A stretch of 64,000 nt of DNA, taken from IMG/VR virus record IMGVR_UViG_3300031993_000069; one strand, written 5' to 3'. Within the stretch, counting starts at the first letter, position 1, and each line of letters opens with the position of its first letter. The position numbers and the translations under genes were made by a program. Below the pieces are notes generated by a model. The model had not been told where the DNA came from. It did no database searches and worked only from the letters and a program-made list of their open reading frames with translations. Below are positions 9,468 through 17,566 of this stretch, piece after piece. This DNA is from a virus.

Positions 9468-9544
9468 GGGTCACTAGCTCAATTGGTTAGAGCAGCCGGC
9501 TGTTAACCGGCAGGTTGTGGGTTCGAGTCCCTCGTGGCCCGCCA
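9468..9544 (+). tRNA. tRNA-Asn(GTT)
   Basis: Acceptor GGGTCAC/GTGGCCC, loop CTGTTAA, CCA. Confidence 0.8.
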
Positions 9545-9682
9545 TACGGTCCTTAGATATATTACCTTCTCGTGGTGGGACTGAACAGCTAAAGGATACT
9601 TGGAATTAATAGTATCGGCTAGACGAAACTTATATCGTAAAGACACGACTGGCCTGACGTGCGTAAATAACGGCCACCAAAT

Positions 9683-9757
9683 GGATCGCTCGTATATCGG
9701 TTAGTATACTTGGCTGTCTACCATGGGAGGAGGGTTCGATTCCCTCGCGGTCCGCCA
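9683..9757 (+). tRNA. tRNA-Asp(GTC)-like (atypical anticodon stem)
   Basis: Acceptor GGATCGC/GCGGTCC, loop CTGTCTA, T-arm GAGGGTTCGATTCCCTC, CCA. One mismatch in the anticodon stem and a pyrimidine at position 37. Confidence 0.5.
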
Positions 9758-9945
9758 TTGGAGCCTATACTTATTTCTAATTTGAAGATTCCAAGCCGCC
9801 ATTCGTAGGTTCGAATCCTACCATACCAGTATGGTATGTAGCCAAGCGGGAAGGCAGCGGCCTCAACAAAGCCAGTTAGGCCAAAATTAATTAAAACAAA
9901 TAAAGGAGATTAAGCTTATGTAATTATTTTAAAGGAGAAAAACTT

Positions 9946-10200
9946 ATGAATAGTTACTTTCGTAAAAAATACGAGAAACAAAAGCTTAAAAAACTAGCTG
10001 AAAAATGTGCTGGTTGGTGTGGCGGCAGCTATTATAGCGAAAGAAAAGGCCGTTACATTCGTTTTTGGAAAAGCCAAGGTAAAAATTCCTTCTGGGCTAC
10101 CGAAAAAAGATATGGCAGACGCATCTATCGAAGAAAGGCTAATAAAGTTGATTATAAATTAGCTAAAAAAGCCTTCGATCTTTGGTGGAATGTTTGGTAA
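9946..10200 (+). CDS. small basic hypothetical protein (84 aa)
   Basis: ORF with RBS AAAGGAG; Lys/Arg-rich. Confidence 0.5.
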   Translation: MNSYFRKKYEKQKLKKLAEKCAGWCGGSYYSERKGRYIRFWKSQGKNSFWATEKRYGRRIYRRKANKVDYKLAKKAFDLWWNVW

Positions 10201-10232
10201 AATGCTGTATAATATTAAGAGGTATACTCAGT

Positions 10233-11192
10233 ATGACTAAAATTATCCAAAATTTTTCAAGCAAAAAGCATATTAAAGCACTTCCTGTATTTGATATATT
10301 ACTTTGGAGTGCTGGATTACTTAATTTTAAAAAATTAGGCTATAAAACGAAGCTCTATTGTGAAAAATCAGATATTCCCTTCTTAAAGCGCTGGGGTTTA
10401 TATGATCTCTATGATGAAATTGATAGTAGATATCTAACAAAATTAGAGGAAGATGAGCGCTTTAAACAAATTGATGGTAATTGGTTTTGGTCTGTAAGAA
10501 AGCTATTTTGCATTGAACATGAATATAGTCTTAAATCAAAAGATAAATTCATGTATTTCGATACTGACATCTTACTTTATGACCATATTGAATTGCCAGA
10601 TTGGGCAAACCTATTCGTCTGGTCTATTGAAGAAGAGCCTATTTATATTCCTTGGGAATTCATGTCAGTTCCAGAAGGTTATAAAAAGCCTGAAGAATTC
10701 GATGATGACATGATTGCCTATAATTGTGGTATCTTAGCATTCAGCGATAAAGAAAAGTTTGAGCAATATTTTGCTGAATACTTGAAATTTACACAAGGAA
10801 ATCCCTGTAAATTATTACAAGGAGCTAATACTTCTGAGAAAACCCTCAAAAATATTTGGGCCTGTAATGCAGAGCAACGTATCCTATTAAATATTTCTCG
10901 TGCTGGAGACTGGAAAACTGTTATATTTGCAAATCCAGAGCAAGAAACCGGAATTCTTGGTTTCTATAAGGGCGGTAAACATTTCTATTTACTTCGTGCA
11001 ATTCTAAGAGATTTCACAGATGAAACTCAGGAGTCATTTAGAAACTTCTGGTTAGATATGTATAATGAAAATATCAAAGAATGCTTAGAGGTATTAGAAA
11101 AAGAAAATCCAGCACAATTAAATATATTCTTAGAAATTCCTTGGATTAAAAATTTATATAAATATAATTTCAAGGTAAAAGAATATAAGTAA
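10233..11192 (+). CDS. hypothetical protein (~320 aa)
   Basis: ATG at 10233 follows the TGTATAATAT promoter (10205) and RBS AAGAGG. The track ORF 10182 start lies upstream of the promoter. Confidence 0.6.
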   Translation: MTKIIQNFSSKKHIKALPVFDILLWSAGLLNFKKLGYKTKLYCEKSDIPFLKRWGLYDLYDEIDSRYLTKLEEDERFKQIDGNWFWSVRKLFCIEHEYSLKSKDKFMYFDTDILLYDHIELPDWANLFVWSIEEEPIYIPWEFMSVPEGYKKPEEFDDDMIAYNCGILAFSDKEKFEQYFAEYLKFTQGNPCKLLQGANTSEKTLKNIWACNAEQRILLNISRAGDWKTVIFANPEQETGILGFYKGGKHFYLLRAILRDFTDETQESFRNFWLDMYNENIKECLEVLEKENPAQLNIFLEIPWIKNLYKYNFKVKEYK

Positions 11193-11203
11193 AGGAGATA
11201 GCA

Positions 11204-11494
11204 ATGGGCGAAGATGTTTGGACATTGGGGCTATTTACCCTAAGAGACTACAACCATACAGAACCAGAATTAAAGGCTTGTGACCATTTATTCTGTATTA
11301 CTTATCAACAAGGGCAAGAGGAATATCCAGTAATGCTCTTGTGGAAACGCGGTAAACGATGTTTTACCAGGACCTGTAATGCTCCAGGTCTTAAATTACC
11401 AAAAGATATGCAAACAGCTATGTATCTATCAAGATTATCTACGGCTGCCATTCGTATCTTAAATGGTGAAAAGTTTAACCTATTTGATATATAA
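11204..11494 (+). CDS. hypothetical protein (96 aa)
   Basis: ORF with RBS AAGGAGATAGCA. Confidence 0.5.
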   Translation: MGEDVWTLGLFTLRDYNHTEPELKACDHLFCITYQQGQEEYPVMLLWKRGKRCFTRTCNAPGLKLPKDMQTAMYLSRLSTAAIRILNGEKFNLFDI

Positions 11495-11508
11495 AATAGG
11501 CACGACAT

Positions 11509-11594
11509 TGCGGTGGAGTGGCACGGACAACTATAAACCATTCTAGGCTCATAACCTAGCGATACCGGGTTCGACTCCCGAGCACCGCAACCAG
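11509..11594 (+). tRNA. tRNA-Met(CAT)-like with an enlarged D-region
   Basis: Acceptor TGCGGTG/CACCGCA, anticodon stem CTAGG/CCTAG with loop CTCATAA, T-loop TTCGACT, CCA. Length 85 nt with a 16-nt D-loop. Confidence 0.5.
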
Positions 11595-11875
11595 GAGTAG
11601 TTTTTGTTAGTTTTTGGAGCGCCAAGATCAAATACAAACTAACAGACAGTGTGACTATGTATATGATAGCACTATTCTAAAAATCGAAAGGATATACACC
11701 AGAAATTTGGTCGGCTAGTTGGCGTAAACCTAGCGATAGGAGCGTTTGCAACAGACCCTCAATAACTGCAGTGAGAGGGCAAGCACGAGCCTCCAAGAAG
11801 AGACTGCGATGGATGAAATATTCCTAGTGCACTTGGGCCGAGGACACAAGGTTCACTGGTTAAAGAACAAAACAC

Positions 11876-11951
11876 GGGGTATTGGTGCAGCGGTTAACAT
11901 GCCTCCCTGTCACGGAGGAGACCACGGGTTCGAATCCCGTATGCCCCGCCA
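11876..11951 (+). tRNA. tRNA-Asp(GTC)
   Basis: Acceptor GGGGTAT/ATGCCCC, anticodon stem CCTCC/GGAGG with loop CTGTCAC, CCA. Confidence 0.8.
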
Positions 11952-11980
11952 GTTCTTATTCAATTTATTTAGGAGGAGTT

Positions 11981-12283
11981 ATGATTATTACATTTAATGA
12001 TTTTTATGTCAATGTAACAGAAAATAATGTGCATATTCATGACTCTTACAAGATAAAAGGTAAGAAAAGAAAGCTTGAAATCATTAATGCAATCATAGCT
12101 TTCTGTCCAGAAGCTTTCAAAACTAGAACAATTAAGTCAGTTCTGAGAGAGTGGCGTGCACATAATGTCTTATATAAATTACATATTGCTAGAAATAGCA
12201 CAATGCATACAGACATTGAAGCACATCAAAAATTATTTTATAAAATTAGCTATTTACTTATTAATATATTCGGTATAGAATAA
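11981..12283 (+). CDS. hypothetical protein (100 aa)
   Basis: ATG with RBS AGGAGGAG 5 nt upstream, directly after tRNA-Asp. Confidence 0.5.
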   Translation: MIITFNDFYVNVTENNVHIHDSYKIKGKKRKLEIINAIIAFCPEAFKTRTIKSVLREWRAHNVLYKLHIARNSTMHTDIEAHQKLFYKISYLLINIFGIE

Positions 12284-12289
12284 GTATAT

Positions 12290-12365
12290 GGCTGGGTAGC
12301 CAAGTGGTTAAGGCGTCAAGCTCATACCTTGAAGATCGTCAGTTCAAATCTGACCCCAGCTACCA
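12290..12365 (+). tRNA. tRNA-Met(CAT)
   Basis: Acceptor GGCTGGG/CCCAGCT (G1·U72), loop CTCATAC, CCA. Confidence 0.7.
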
Positions 12366-12370
12366 GGTAT

Positions 12371-12445
12371 GCTCGCTTAATTCAGCGGGAGAAGGCAATC
12401 CTTACAAGATTGAGGTCGGCAGTTCGAATCTGTCAGCGAGCACCA
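12371..12445 (+). tRNA. tRNA-Val(TAC)
   Basis: Acceptor GCTCGCT/AGCGAGC, anticodon stem CAATC/GATTG with loop CTTACAA, CCA. Confidence 0.75.
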
Positions 12446-12644
12446 CGGCATGTATGCAATTATAAAACGCAGCCTACCGGTAAAGTAGGTGCTCTGAGTA
12501 GTCTCGAAGTAAGAGCTTTGTGGAATATTGCTAAATCGAGACTTTAGTAACAATATTCTAGGTGCAATTCCCACCATGCCAACCACCGCTCGGCTAGAGC
12601 ACAGCAAATCATACGGCTGTGTAGGAGAATCCCCGAGCAACCAC

Positions 12645-12718
12645 GCGGGAATAGGACAGTGGTAGTCCATCTGCTTGCCATGCAGACTACGCGGGTTCGA
12701 TTCCCGTTTCCCGCTCCA
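12645..12718 (+). tRNA. tRNA-Gly(GCC)
   Basis: Acceptor GCGGGAA/TTCCCGC, loop TTGCCAT, CCA. Confidence 0.8.
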
Positions 12719-12789
12719 CCAGGACAGATAAAGATTAGGTTCTTTATTAGGTTCTATGGCTGGACAAATCGATAAAACCAGCCACATTT

Positions 12790-12863
12790 GCGGGTATCGT
12801 CCAATGGTAGGGCCTCTGCCTTCCAAGCAGAAGATACCGGTTCGATCCCGGCTACCCGCTCCA
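12790..12863 (+). tRNA. tRNA-Gly(TCC)
   Basis: Acceptor GCGGGTA/TACCCGC, loop CTTCCAA, CCA. Confidence 0.8.
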
Positions 12864-12892
12864 TGCAGTATTTAGAAGGAGAAAATGCAATG

Positions 12893-12985
12893 AAAACACT
12901 TAAACTCAGTAAACTAAGTCGCCGTCGCTGTATAGCATGTTTTCGTTGTTGTCTTATAAATACCGCGTTAGCTCAATTGGATTAG
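12893..12985 (+). CDS. small Cys-rich basic peptide (30 aa) candidate
   Basis: RBS AGAAGGAGAAAATGCAATG. The peptide MKTLKLSKLSRRRCIACFRCC... has CxxC..CC spacing. Overlaps the 5' end of tRNA-Arg. Confidence 0.2.
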   Translation, partial: KTLKLSKLSRRRCIACFRCCLINTALAQLD

Positions 12986-13039
12986 AGCATATCGCTACGA
13001 ACGATAAGGTTGTGGGTTCGAGCCCTACACGCGGTGCCA
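12962..13039 (+). tRNA. tRNA-Arg(ACG)
   Basis: Acceptor ACCGCGT/ACGCGGT, loop CTACGAA, CCA. Confidence 0.8.
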
Positions 13040-13045
13040 GACATA

Positions 13046-13122
13046 GGATAGGTACCCAAGTGGCTTAAGGGAGCGGTCTGCAACACCGTTATTCGTGGGT
13101 TCGAATCCCATCCTATCCTCCA
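13046..13122 (+). tRNA. tRNA-Cys(GCA)
   Basis: Acceptor GGATAGG/CCTATCC, loop CTGCAAC, CCA. Confidence 0.8.
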
Positions 13123-13125
13123 AAT

Positions 13126-13200
13126 GGTCGTATAGCTCAACGGCAGAGCGGGCTCCTTATAAGGGCTAGGTTCCTGGTTCGAATCCAGGTGCGACCACCA
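13126..13200 (+). tRNA. tRNA-Ile(TAT) (AUA-decoding type)
   Basis: Acceptor GGTCGTA/TGCGACC, anticodon stem GGCTC/GGGCT (2 G·U) with loop CTTATAA, CCA. Confidence 0.55.
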
Positions 13201-13301
13201 AAACATGTTAATAGCACGCTCCTTTATGAAAAATCTTCAATATAAAGGAGTTTATTTATTTCAGCAAATATTGTATAATATAAAAGCAAGGAGCTATAAA
13301 A

Positions 13302-13820
13302 ATGATTGGTAAACACTTAAAAGACTATAAAAAAGCTTATAAAGCTGACCGCAGAGAAAACAGAAGAACTTGCGTTAAAAGAAATTCTGATTGGAAAAAA
13401 CGCTGGTTACCATTTATTAAGTATGATCATGATTTTGACGGCTTCTTCCTAATTGAACTTATGGTTCATAAATTACATATTATGCTTGATTACTATGACC
13501 ATGGCAAATATTGTATGCAAGTCGATGAGAGCCGACTTGAAATTGTTGAAAGCTTAAAAGAAGCTTGTAGACTTGGTGATTTAATCTTAGAGGATGATTT
13601 CAATGAACCTGCCTATAAAGTTATGATGGAACACCACCGTATGTGGACTGAGCCATGCAAAGACAATAGTCATCTTTGTGAAATTAAAATGGAATGGGAT
13701 AGCCCAGAGGCTAAGGCTGAATATGATAGGCTTGAAAAAGAAACTGATGCTCTCAGAGAAAAGACTATCGATGAATTCTTCGATTTTGTTAGAAAACATT
13801 ATCGTGAATGGTGGGATTAA
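13302..13820 (+). CDS. hypothetical protein (172 aa)
   Basis: ORF behind TGTATAATATAAAAGCAAGGAG. Confidence 0.6.
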   Translation: MIGKHLKDYKKAYKADRRENRRTCVKRNSDWKKRWLPFIKYDHDFDGFFLIELMVHKLHIMLDYYDHGKYCMQVDESRLEIVESLKEACRLGDLILEDDFNEPAYKVMMEHHRMWTEPCKDNSHLCEIKMEWDSPEAKAEYDRLEKETDALREKTIDEFFDFVRKHYREWWD

Positions 13821-13861
13821 TTAGTCCTCATCGAAAATGTCATTGAAAAAAACTAGACATT

Positions 13862-13952
13862 GGAGGAATACCCAAGAGGCCGAAGGGGACGGTTTGCTAA
13901 ACCGTTAGTGGTCGCAAGGCCAGCGAGGGTTCAAATCCCTCTTCCTCCGCCA
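13862..13952 (+). tRNA. tRNA-Ser(GCT), class II
   Basis: Acceptor GGAGGAA/TTCCTCC, anticodon stem ACGGT/ACCGT with loop TTGCTAA, long variable arm, G73, CCA. Confidence 0.8.
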
Positions 13953-13957
13953 TCTAT

Positions 13958-14034
13958 GCCCCGGTAACCGAATTGGCATAGGTACTAGACTTAGAATCTA
14001 GGTTCTGTGGGTTCAAGTCCCACTCGGGGTACCA
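13958..14034 (+). tRNA. class I (77 nt) tRNA with anticodon TAG (a Leu anticodon) and short variable loop
   Basis: Acceptor GCCCCGG/TCGGGGT (two G·U), anticodon stem CTAGA/TCTAG with loop CTTAGAA, 4-nt variable loop, T-loop GGTTCAAGTCC, A73, CCA. Confidence 0.55.
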
Positions 14035-14037
14035 TAT

Positions 14038-14415
14038 GGGCTCGTACTGGTTTCGATTGGTATTTGATGCTTATGACTACAGCAAGCTGATAACTTACTA
14101 TCAAACAAAAACAAACGACAAAACAAACTTTATGGCACACCTTGCCAACAACCAAATGGTTGCTGCTCGCGCCTAGTTCGCGAGAATGGTGATTGAGCTA
14201 GATAAGGTCGAATTTAGTTCTCTATTAATCAGACCTCGATGTTTATATCTAAGTAACTCCATATAAATGTTTAAATAAAGAGTAGACAACTGCTAGTATC
14301 GGATCGAAGGACTTGAGGTTCGCCGATAAAAAGAATATTTCTCAGGTTAAAGCTGTAATTAACGTTGTGGGGGTTTGGTATCAAGACAGGAGTTCGATTC
14401 TCCTCGGGTCCACCA
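14038..14415 (+). ncRNA. ssrA: tmRNA (transfer-messenger RNA)
   Basis: The 5' end GGGCTCGTACTGGTTTCGATTGG resembles the canonical tmRNA 5' end GGGGCUGAUUCUGGAUUCGAC. The 3' end AGGAGTTCGATTCTCCTCGGGTCCACCA pairs with the 5' acceptor and has G3·U70 and A73 (Ala identity). Length 378 nt. The internal frame ...NNQMVAARA-TAG is a candidate tag ORF. Confidence 0.75.
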
Positions 14416-14419
14416 TAAT

Positions 14420-14506
14420 GGGCGAGTGGCGTAACTGGTAGCCGCAATGGTCTAAGAAGCCATTGACCGAAAGGTCGTAGGGGTTCAAGTCCCCTCTCGC
14501 CCACCA
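14420..14506 (+). tRNA. tRNA-Leu(AAG), class II, A34
   Basis: Acceptor GGGCGAG/CTCGCCC, anticodon stem ATGGT/GCCAT with loop CTAAGAA, long variable arm TGACCGAAAGGTC, A73, CCA. Confidence 0.6.
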
Positions 14507-14561
14507 GAGTTATCTTTAATAATATTGTATAATATATTAGATATTGAAAGGAATTTATCTT

Positions 14562-14894
14562 ATGTATAGTTTACAAGAATTAATTGAACATGGATATGTC
14601 GATAGTATTACAACTGATGGAACACATCTTGGTGATGGTTATACTATTGTTGTTAAACTAAGCAGATATTCTATTGGTAAGATTACAATTAATGTTGGTA
14701 TTGATGAATACTTAGATGATGCTGTTACGCTTATTAATGGTATTATTGATATTCAAGAAAGCTTAAATAAAGAAGCTAAACCGGAAGAAAAGCCAACTAT
14801 TAGACATGTAACTGATCCAGATGAAATAAAGGAAATACTTTCTGGAACAGCAATTAAAGACACAAAAATTGAACCAGAGGATTATGCGGAATAA
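14562..14894 (+). CDS. hypothetical protein (110 aa)
   Basis: ATG behind promoter TGTATAATAT (14525) and RBS GAAAGGAA. Confidence 0.55.
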   Translation: MYSLQELIEHGYVDSITTDGTHLGDGYTIVVKLSRYSIGKITINVGIDEYLDDAVTLINGIIDIQESLNKEAKPEEKPTIRHVTDPDEIKEILSGTAIKDTKIEPEDYAE

Positions 14895-15073
14895 TGTATC
14901 AAATTATTAAAGACGATAAATATTATCTATATAATGATATAGGCGAAGAATTAATGACAATTACCTTCGACAATTCATTACCAGGAGACCAAGTAGTTAT
15001 TACTACACAGGATGAAGTTTATGCTGGTCCAATAAAATTTGTTACTTTTTCTGGAGATATTCCAAAAGAGTAG
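14894..15073 (+). CDS. small hypothetical protein (59 aa)
   Basis: ATG overlaps the upstream stop (ATAATG). Coding-like composition. Confidence 0.35.
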   Translation: MYQIIKDDKYYLYNDIGEELMTITFDNSLPGDQVVITTQDEVYAGPIKFVTFSGDIPKE

Positions 15074-15089
15074 CTTGTATATTATTAAT

Positions 15090-15186
15090 AGGGGCTTAGT
15101 GTAACGGCAGCACAACGGTCTTCAAAACCGCAAAGCGGGGGCCTCCAAAACCCCAGGTGCGGGTTCGAATCCTGCAGCCCCTGCCA
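15090..15186 (+). tRNA. Trp-like opal-suppressor tRNA, anticodon TCA, with an unusual 25-nt extra arm
   Basis: Acceptor AGGGGCT/AGCCCCT, G73, CCA. The D-arm and anticodon stem ACGGT/ACCGC are nearly identical to tRNA-Trp(CCA) at 8744, but the loop is CTTCAAA. A 25-nt insertion AAAGCGGGGGCCTCCAAAACCCCAG between the anticodon and T arms forms a hairpin. Own promoter TTGTATATTATTAAT sits immediately upstream. Confidence 0.7.
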
Positions 15187-15252
15187 TATAGAGCCTGTAC
15201 TTATTTCTATCACAAACCTTGAAATTTGCACGCAGTAGTCAGGCCATTTATT

Positions 15253-15438
15253 TTTATGAAATTTAAGTATAGAATTATTTGGGTTAATACAGTTAAAGGA
15301 AAACAAGAATATGTTGATATCGATGACCAGCATATTGTATTGTTTGTCGCTAAGAAAAAAGTTAGCGATGGAATGCAAGGAGTCATCATTCAAGTTTCTG
15401 GTGATCCATCTATGACTGACCCAGATGATGCTAGCTGA
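15253..15438 (+). CDS. hypothetical protein (61 aa)
   Basis: ORF downstream of motif A. Confidence 0.3.
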   Translation, partial: FMKFKYRIIWVNTVKGKQEYVDIDDQHIVLFVAKKKVSDGMQGVIIQVSGDPSMTDPDDAS

Positions 15439-15504
15439 CCGGCTATTGATGCGAATGCTTCTGAAGCTGAAAATAAAATAATTTAAAAAAATTAAAAAAA
15501 ACTA

Positions 15505-15534
15505 TTTACAAAAAATAAAAAAGTATTGTATAAT
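15505..15534 (+). promoter_or_regulatory. sigma70-like promoter
   Basis: TTTACA-N16-TGTATAATAAT. Confidence 0.6.
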
Positions 15535-15539
15535 AATAT

Positions 15540-16180
15540 TGTGAGTGTTAAGCAAGCACTCCAAAAGTGTTCTTTGAAAAATTTTAATTGGCACCTCGAT
15601 GAAGACATCTTGCACGATGGTCGAGGCTCGGCTCTAAGATGATGATAACTGGTGGGATACTGCTGGGTAAGTTGAAACTTCCAAAGTGATGAAGAAGTAA
15701 ACCTATTTAATTAGGATTGAGTCGATGGCGCAATTTGTTGCAGCGATTTAGATGAAAACACATATGCGGGTCCGACAAGAAGCTCTGGCCGTAAGGTCAT
15801 CTCACCTGTGGTATTAAGCCTGAGAAACTTAATGCCCGGTAACTCAAAGGAAGGACGCGACTTGATGTCAAGAAATTGACTATAACTGGTAATGTGTTTG
15901 TACAAGTAGCCGTATGTCGTACTACAAAGCTTTAACAGGATATTTATTAAATACTTTGCTGAAGCTCGGTGAAAGTTGATAGGTAAAGGTCCTATCTGTG
16001 GAAGTCGTAAGACCATTGGAGAAGTTATAGGGTAGCTCCCTGTGACTCAGCCTCCCGTGAGCATCCATTAATAAAGTCAAGCAATAAGGGTTGTATGGTG
16101 AAGACCGGAAATTAAAATTTTTTAAAGAGCACTTAAAAGTATTGCTAAATTAAGTAGACTTAAAAAGTCAGAAGGAGAAA
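15540..16180 (+). ncRNA. unidentified ~640-nt ORF-free structured RNA candidate
   Basis: Lies between a strong promoter and a small ORF. GC-enriched relative to the genome, with no ORF above 60 aa on the + strand. No RNase P P4 motif (GGAAAGUCC) seen. Confidence 0.3.
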
Positions 16181-16184
16181 AAGC

Positions 16185-16274
16185 ATGTTAAACTTAGTTA
16201 CTGTTAACGTTAGACCTACAGCAACAGCCAAACCAGCGTTGGTAAGTTTTGATATGCTCATGACCTCTGATAGA
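16185..16274 (+). CDS. small peptide (29 aa) candidate
   Basis: RBS AAGGAGAAAAAGC then ATG; followed by a perfect terminator. Confidence 0.25.
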
Positions 16275-16302
16275 TAAGTTAACTTAAAAACTTAACTAAG
16301 AT

Positions 16303-16335
16303 ACCGCAGTTGTGATGAGCAGCTGCGGTTTTTTT
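16303..16335 (+). terminator. rho-independent terminator
   Basis: CCGCAGTTGTGATGAGCAGCTGCGG followed by TTTTTTT. Confidence 0.85.
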
Positions 16336-16506
16336 AAGAAAAAATAACTAGCAATGTAAAACTCATAAGAGAGACGTGACGAAACCAAGGACTTCTGTGC
16401 CTTGGTCCCAAAAGTCTAAGGGATGAAATGAAGCCAGCAGTGCACAAAAAACTTGTTGCCTGATAAAAAAAGAGGCTGGTCAGGCAGAAGAAGAACGAAA
16501 GCTAGT

Positions 16507-16590
16507 TAATTATATGGGCCGATAGTTTAATTGGGAAAATACCCGCCCTGCAAGCGGGAGTTAGGGGTTCAAATCCCCACGTGTCCACCA
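16507..16590 (+). pseudogene. tRNA-like element (Ala-TGC-like anticodon arm, T-arm and CCA) with a non-pairing acceptor stem
   Basis: CCCGC-CCTGCAA-GCGGG anticodon-like arm, GGGGTTCAAATCCCC T-arm and a 3' CCA. The 5' GGGCCGA does not pair with the 3' CGTGTCC. Confidence 0.3.
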
Positions 16591-16595
16591 TTTAT

Positions 16596-16671
16596 GGGGG
16601 TGTAGCTCATCTGGGAGAGCACTTGATTAGCATTCAAGAGGTAGCGAGTTCGATCCTCGTCACTTCCACCA
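16596..16671 (+). tRNA. tRNA-Ala(AGC), A34
   Basis: Acceptor GGGGGTG/CACTTCC with G3·U70 and A73. Anticodon stem CTTGA/TCAAG with loop TTAGCAT. CCA. Confidence 0.6.
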
Positions 16672-16735
16672 GACAGAACCTGTGCTTATTTCTAACGTTA
16701 AATTTGGGATTTAAAAAGTAGCAGCCAGGTCAATT

Positions 16736-16811
16736 GCCGCCTTAGCTCAACTGGCAGAGCAACCGCCTTGTAAGCGGTAGGTTACTGGTTCGATTCCGGT
16801 AGGCGGCACCA
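16736..16811 (+). tRNA. tRNA-Thr(TGT)
   Basis: Acceptor GCCGCCT/AGGCGGC, loop CTTGTAA, CCA. Confidence 0.8.
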
Positions 16812-16815
16812 CTTT

Positions 16816-16892
16816 GGGGGTGTAGCTCAATTGGGAGAGCGCTCGCCTTGCAAGCGAGGGGTTGCGGGTTCAAGTCCCGTCACGTTCCACCA
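16816..16892 (+). tRNA. tRNA-Ala(TGC) with a 1-nt bulge in the 3' acceptor strand
   Basis: Acceptor GGGGGTG with G3·U70, anticodon stem CTCGC/GCGAG with loop CTTGCAA. The 3' strand CACGTTCC carries one extra nt. CCA. Confidence 0.6.
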
Positions 16893-17049
16893 CTAAAATG
16901 TAAGCCTATACTTATTTCTCCTCCTAAATTGTTGGGGGCCTTAGTTAGGCAATCAAAAAATTCATGCCACGGAAGGAAAACCGTATAAACCCTTACAGCT
17001 TCGTTCTTAGCCAGACGTAGACTAAGATAAAGTTAAGCTGATGTAATTT

Positions 17050-17126
17050 CGGGAGTTGGCTCAGCTTGGTAGAGCACTTGATTTGGGATCAAGGGGTCAA
17101 GGGTTCGAATCCCTTACTCCCGACCA
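17050..17126 (+). tRNA. tRNA-Pro(TGG)
   Basis: Acceptor CGGGAGT/ACTCCCG, loop TTTGGGA, CCA. Confidence 0.8.
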
Positions 17127-17251
17127 TTAGAGAACCTGTACTTATTTCTTAGCTTTGGGAGCCGCTGTTTGTTGGTTCGAGTCCAGCCTTCCCGACCATT
17201 ATCGGGAAGTAGGCAAATTGGTAAAGCCGGCGTTTATTAGTCAGGTCATAT

Positions 17252-17327
17252 GCGCTTTTAGCTCAGTTGGGAGAGCGTCTGCTTGACGTGCAGAAGGTCG
17301 TAGGTTCGAGCCCTGCAAGGCGCACCA
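17252..17327 (+). tRNA. tRNA-Val(GAC)
   Basis: Acceptor GCGCTTT/AAGGCGC, anticodon stem TCTGC/GCAGA with loop TTGACGT, CCA. Confidence 0.75.
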
Positions 17328-17331
17328 TTAT

Positions 17332-17408
17332 GCTCCTCTAGCCCAACTGGCAGAGGCAATGAGCTCAAACCTCATTCAGTATCGGTTCGAATCCGATGGG
17401 GAGTACCA
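17332..17408 (+). tRNA. class I (77 nt) tRNA with anticodon CAA (a Leu anticodon) and short variable loop
   Basis: Acceptor GCTCCTC/GGGGAGT, anticodon stem ATGAG/CTCAT with loop CTCAAAC, 5-nt variable loop, A73, CCA. Confidence 0.5.
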
Positions 17409-17427
17409 AAAAATTATTAAAAAACTG

Positions 17428-17456
17428 TTTACAACGCAGAATAAATGTTGTATAAT
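17428..17456 (+). promoter_or_regulatory. sigma70-like promoter
   Basis: TTTACA-N14-TTGTATAAT. Confidence 0.55.
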
Positions 17457-17566
17457 TATGAATGTAAGGTCGCGATGTGTGAGCATTAAACTATCGGCCC
17501 CTCACCTCCGAAAACCGTAGGCCGAGTCGGACCTTATATATAGATTGTTCAAAAAGGAGAAGAGTT

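Noticed and set aside
9781-9882. Reading 9781-9882 as one ordinary tRNA gene
   Set aside because: No contiguous cloverleaf fits. The complementary acceptor strands are in 3'-then-5' order (CATACCA ... TGGTATG), so it was kept as a permuted or fragmented tRNA-like locus rather than called as a tRNA.
15090-15186. The UCA tRNA as selenocysteine tRNA (tRNA-Sec)
   Set aside because: Although ~97 nt with a UCA anticodon and a long extra arm, it has a 7-bp acceptor and a 4-bp D-stem with a 7-nt loop, not the 8/5 (or 9/4) Sec fold with a 6-bp D-stem. The rest is almost identical to tRNA-Trp. In-frame TGAs occur at Trp-expected positions with no SECIS-like context.
15540-16180. The 640-nt ORF-free RNA as RNase P RNA
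   Set aside because: The universally conserved P4 sequence GGAAAGUCC(G/A)G and the ACAGAA-containing region are absent. Only a weak resemblance (GAAGTCGTAAG) to a Bacillus-type segment was seen.
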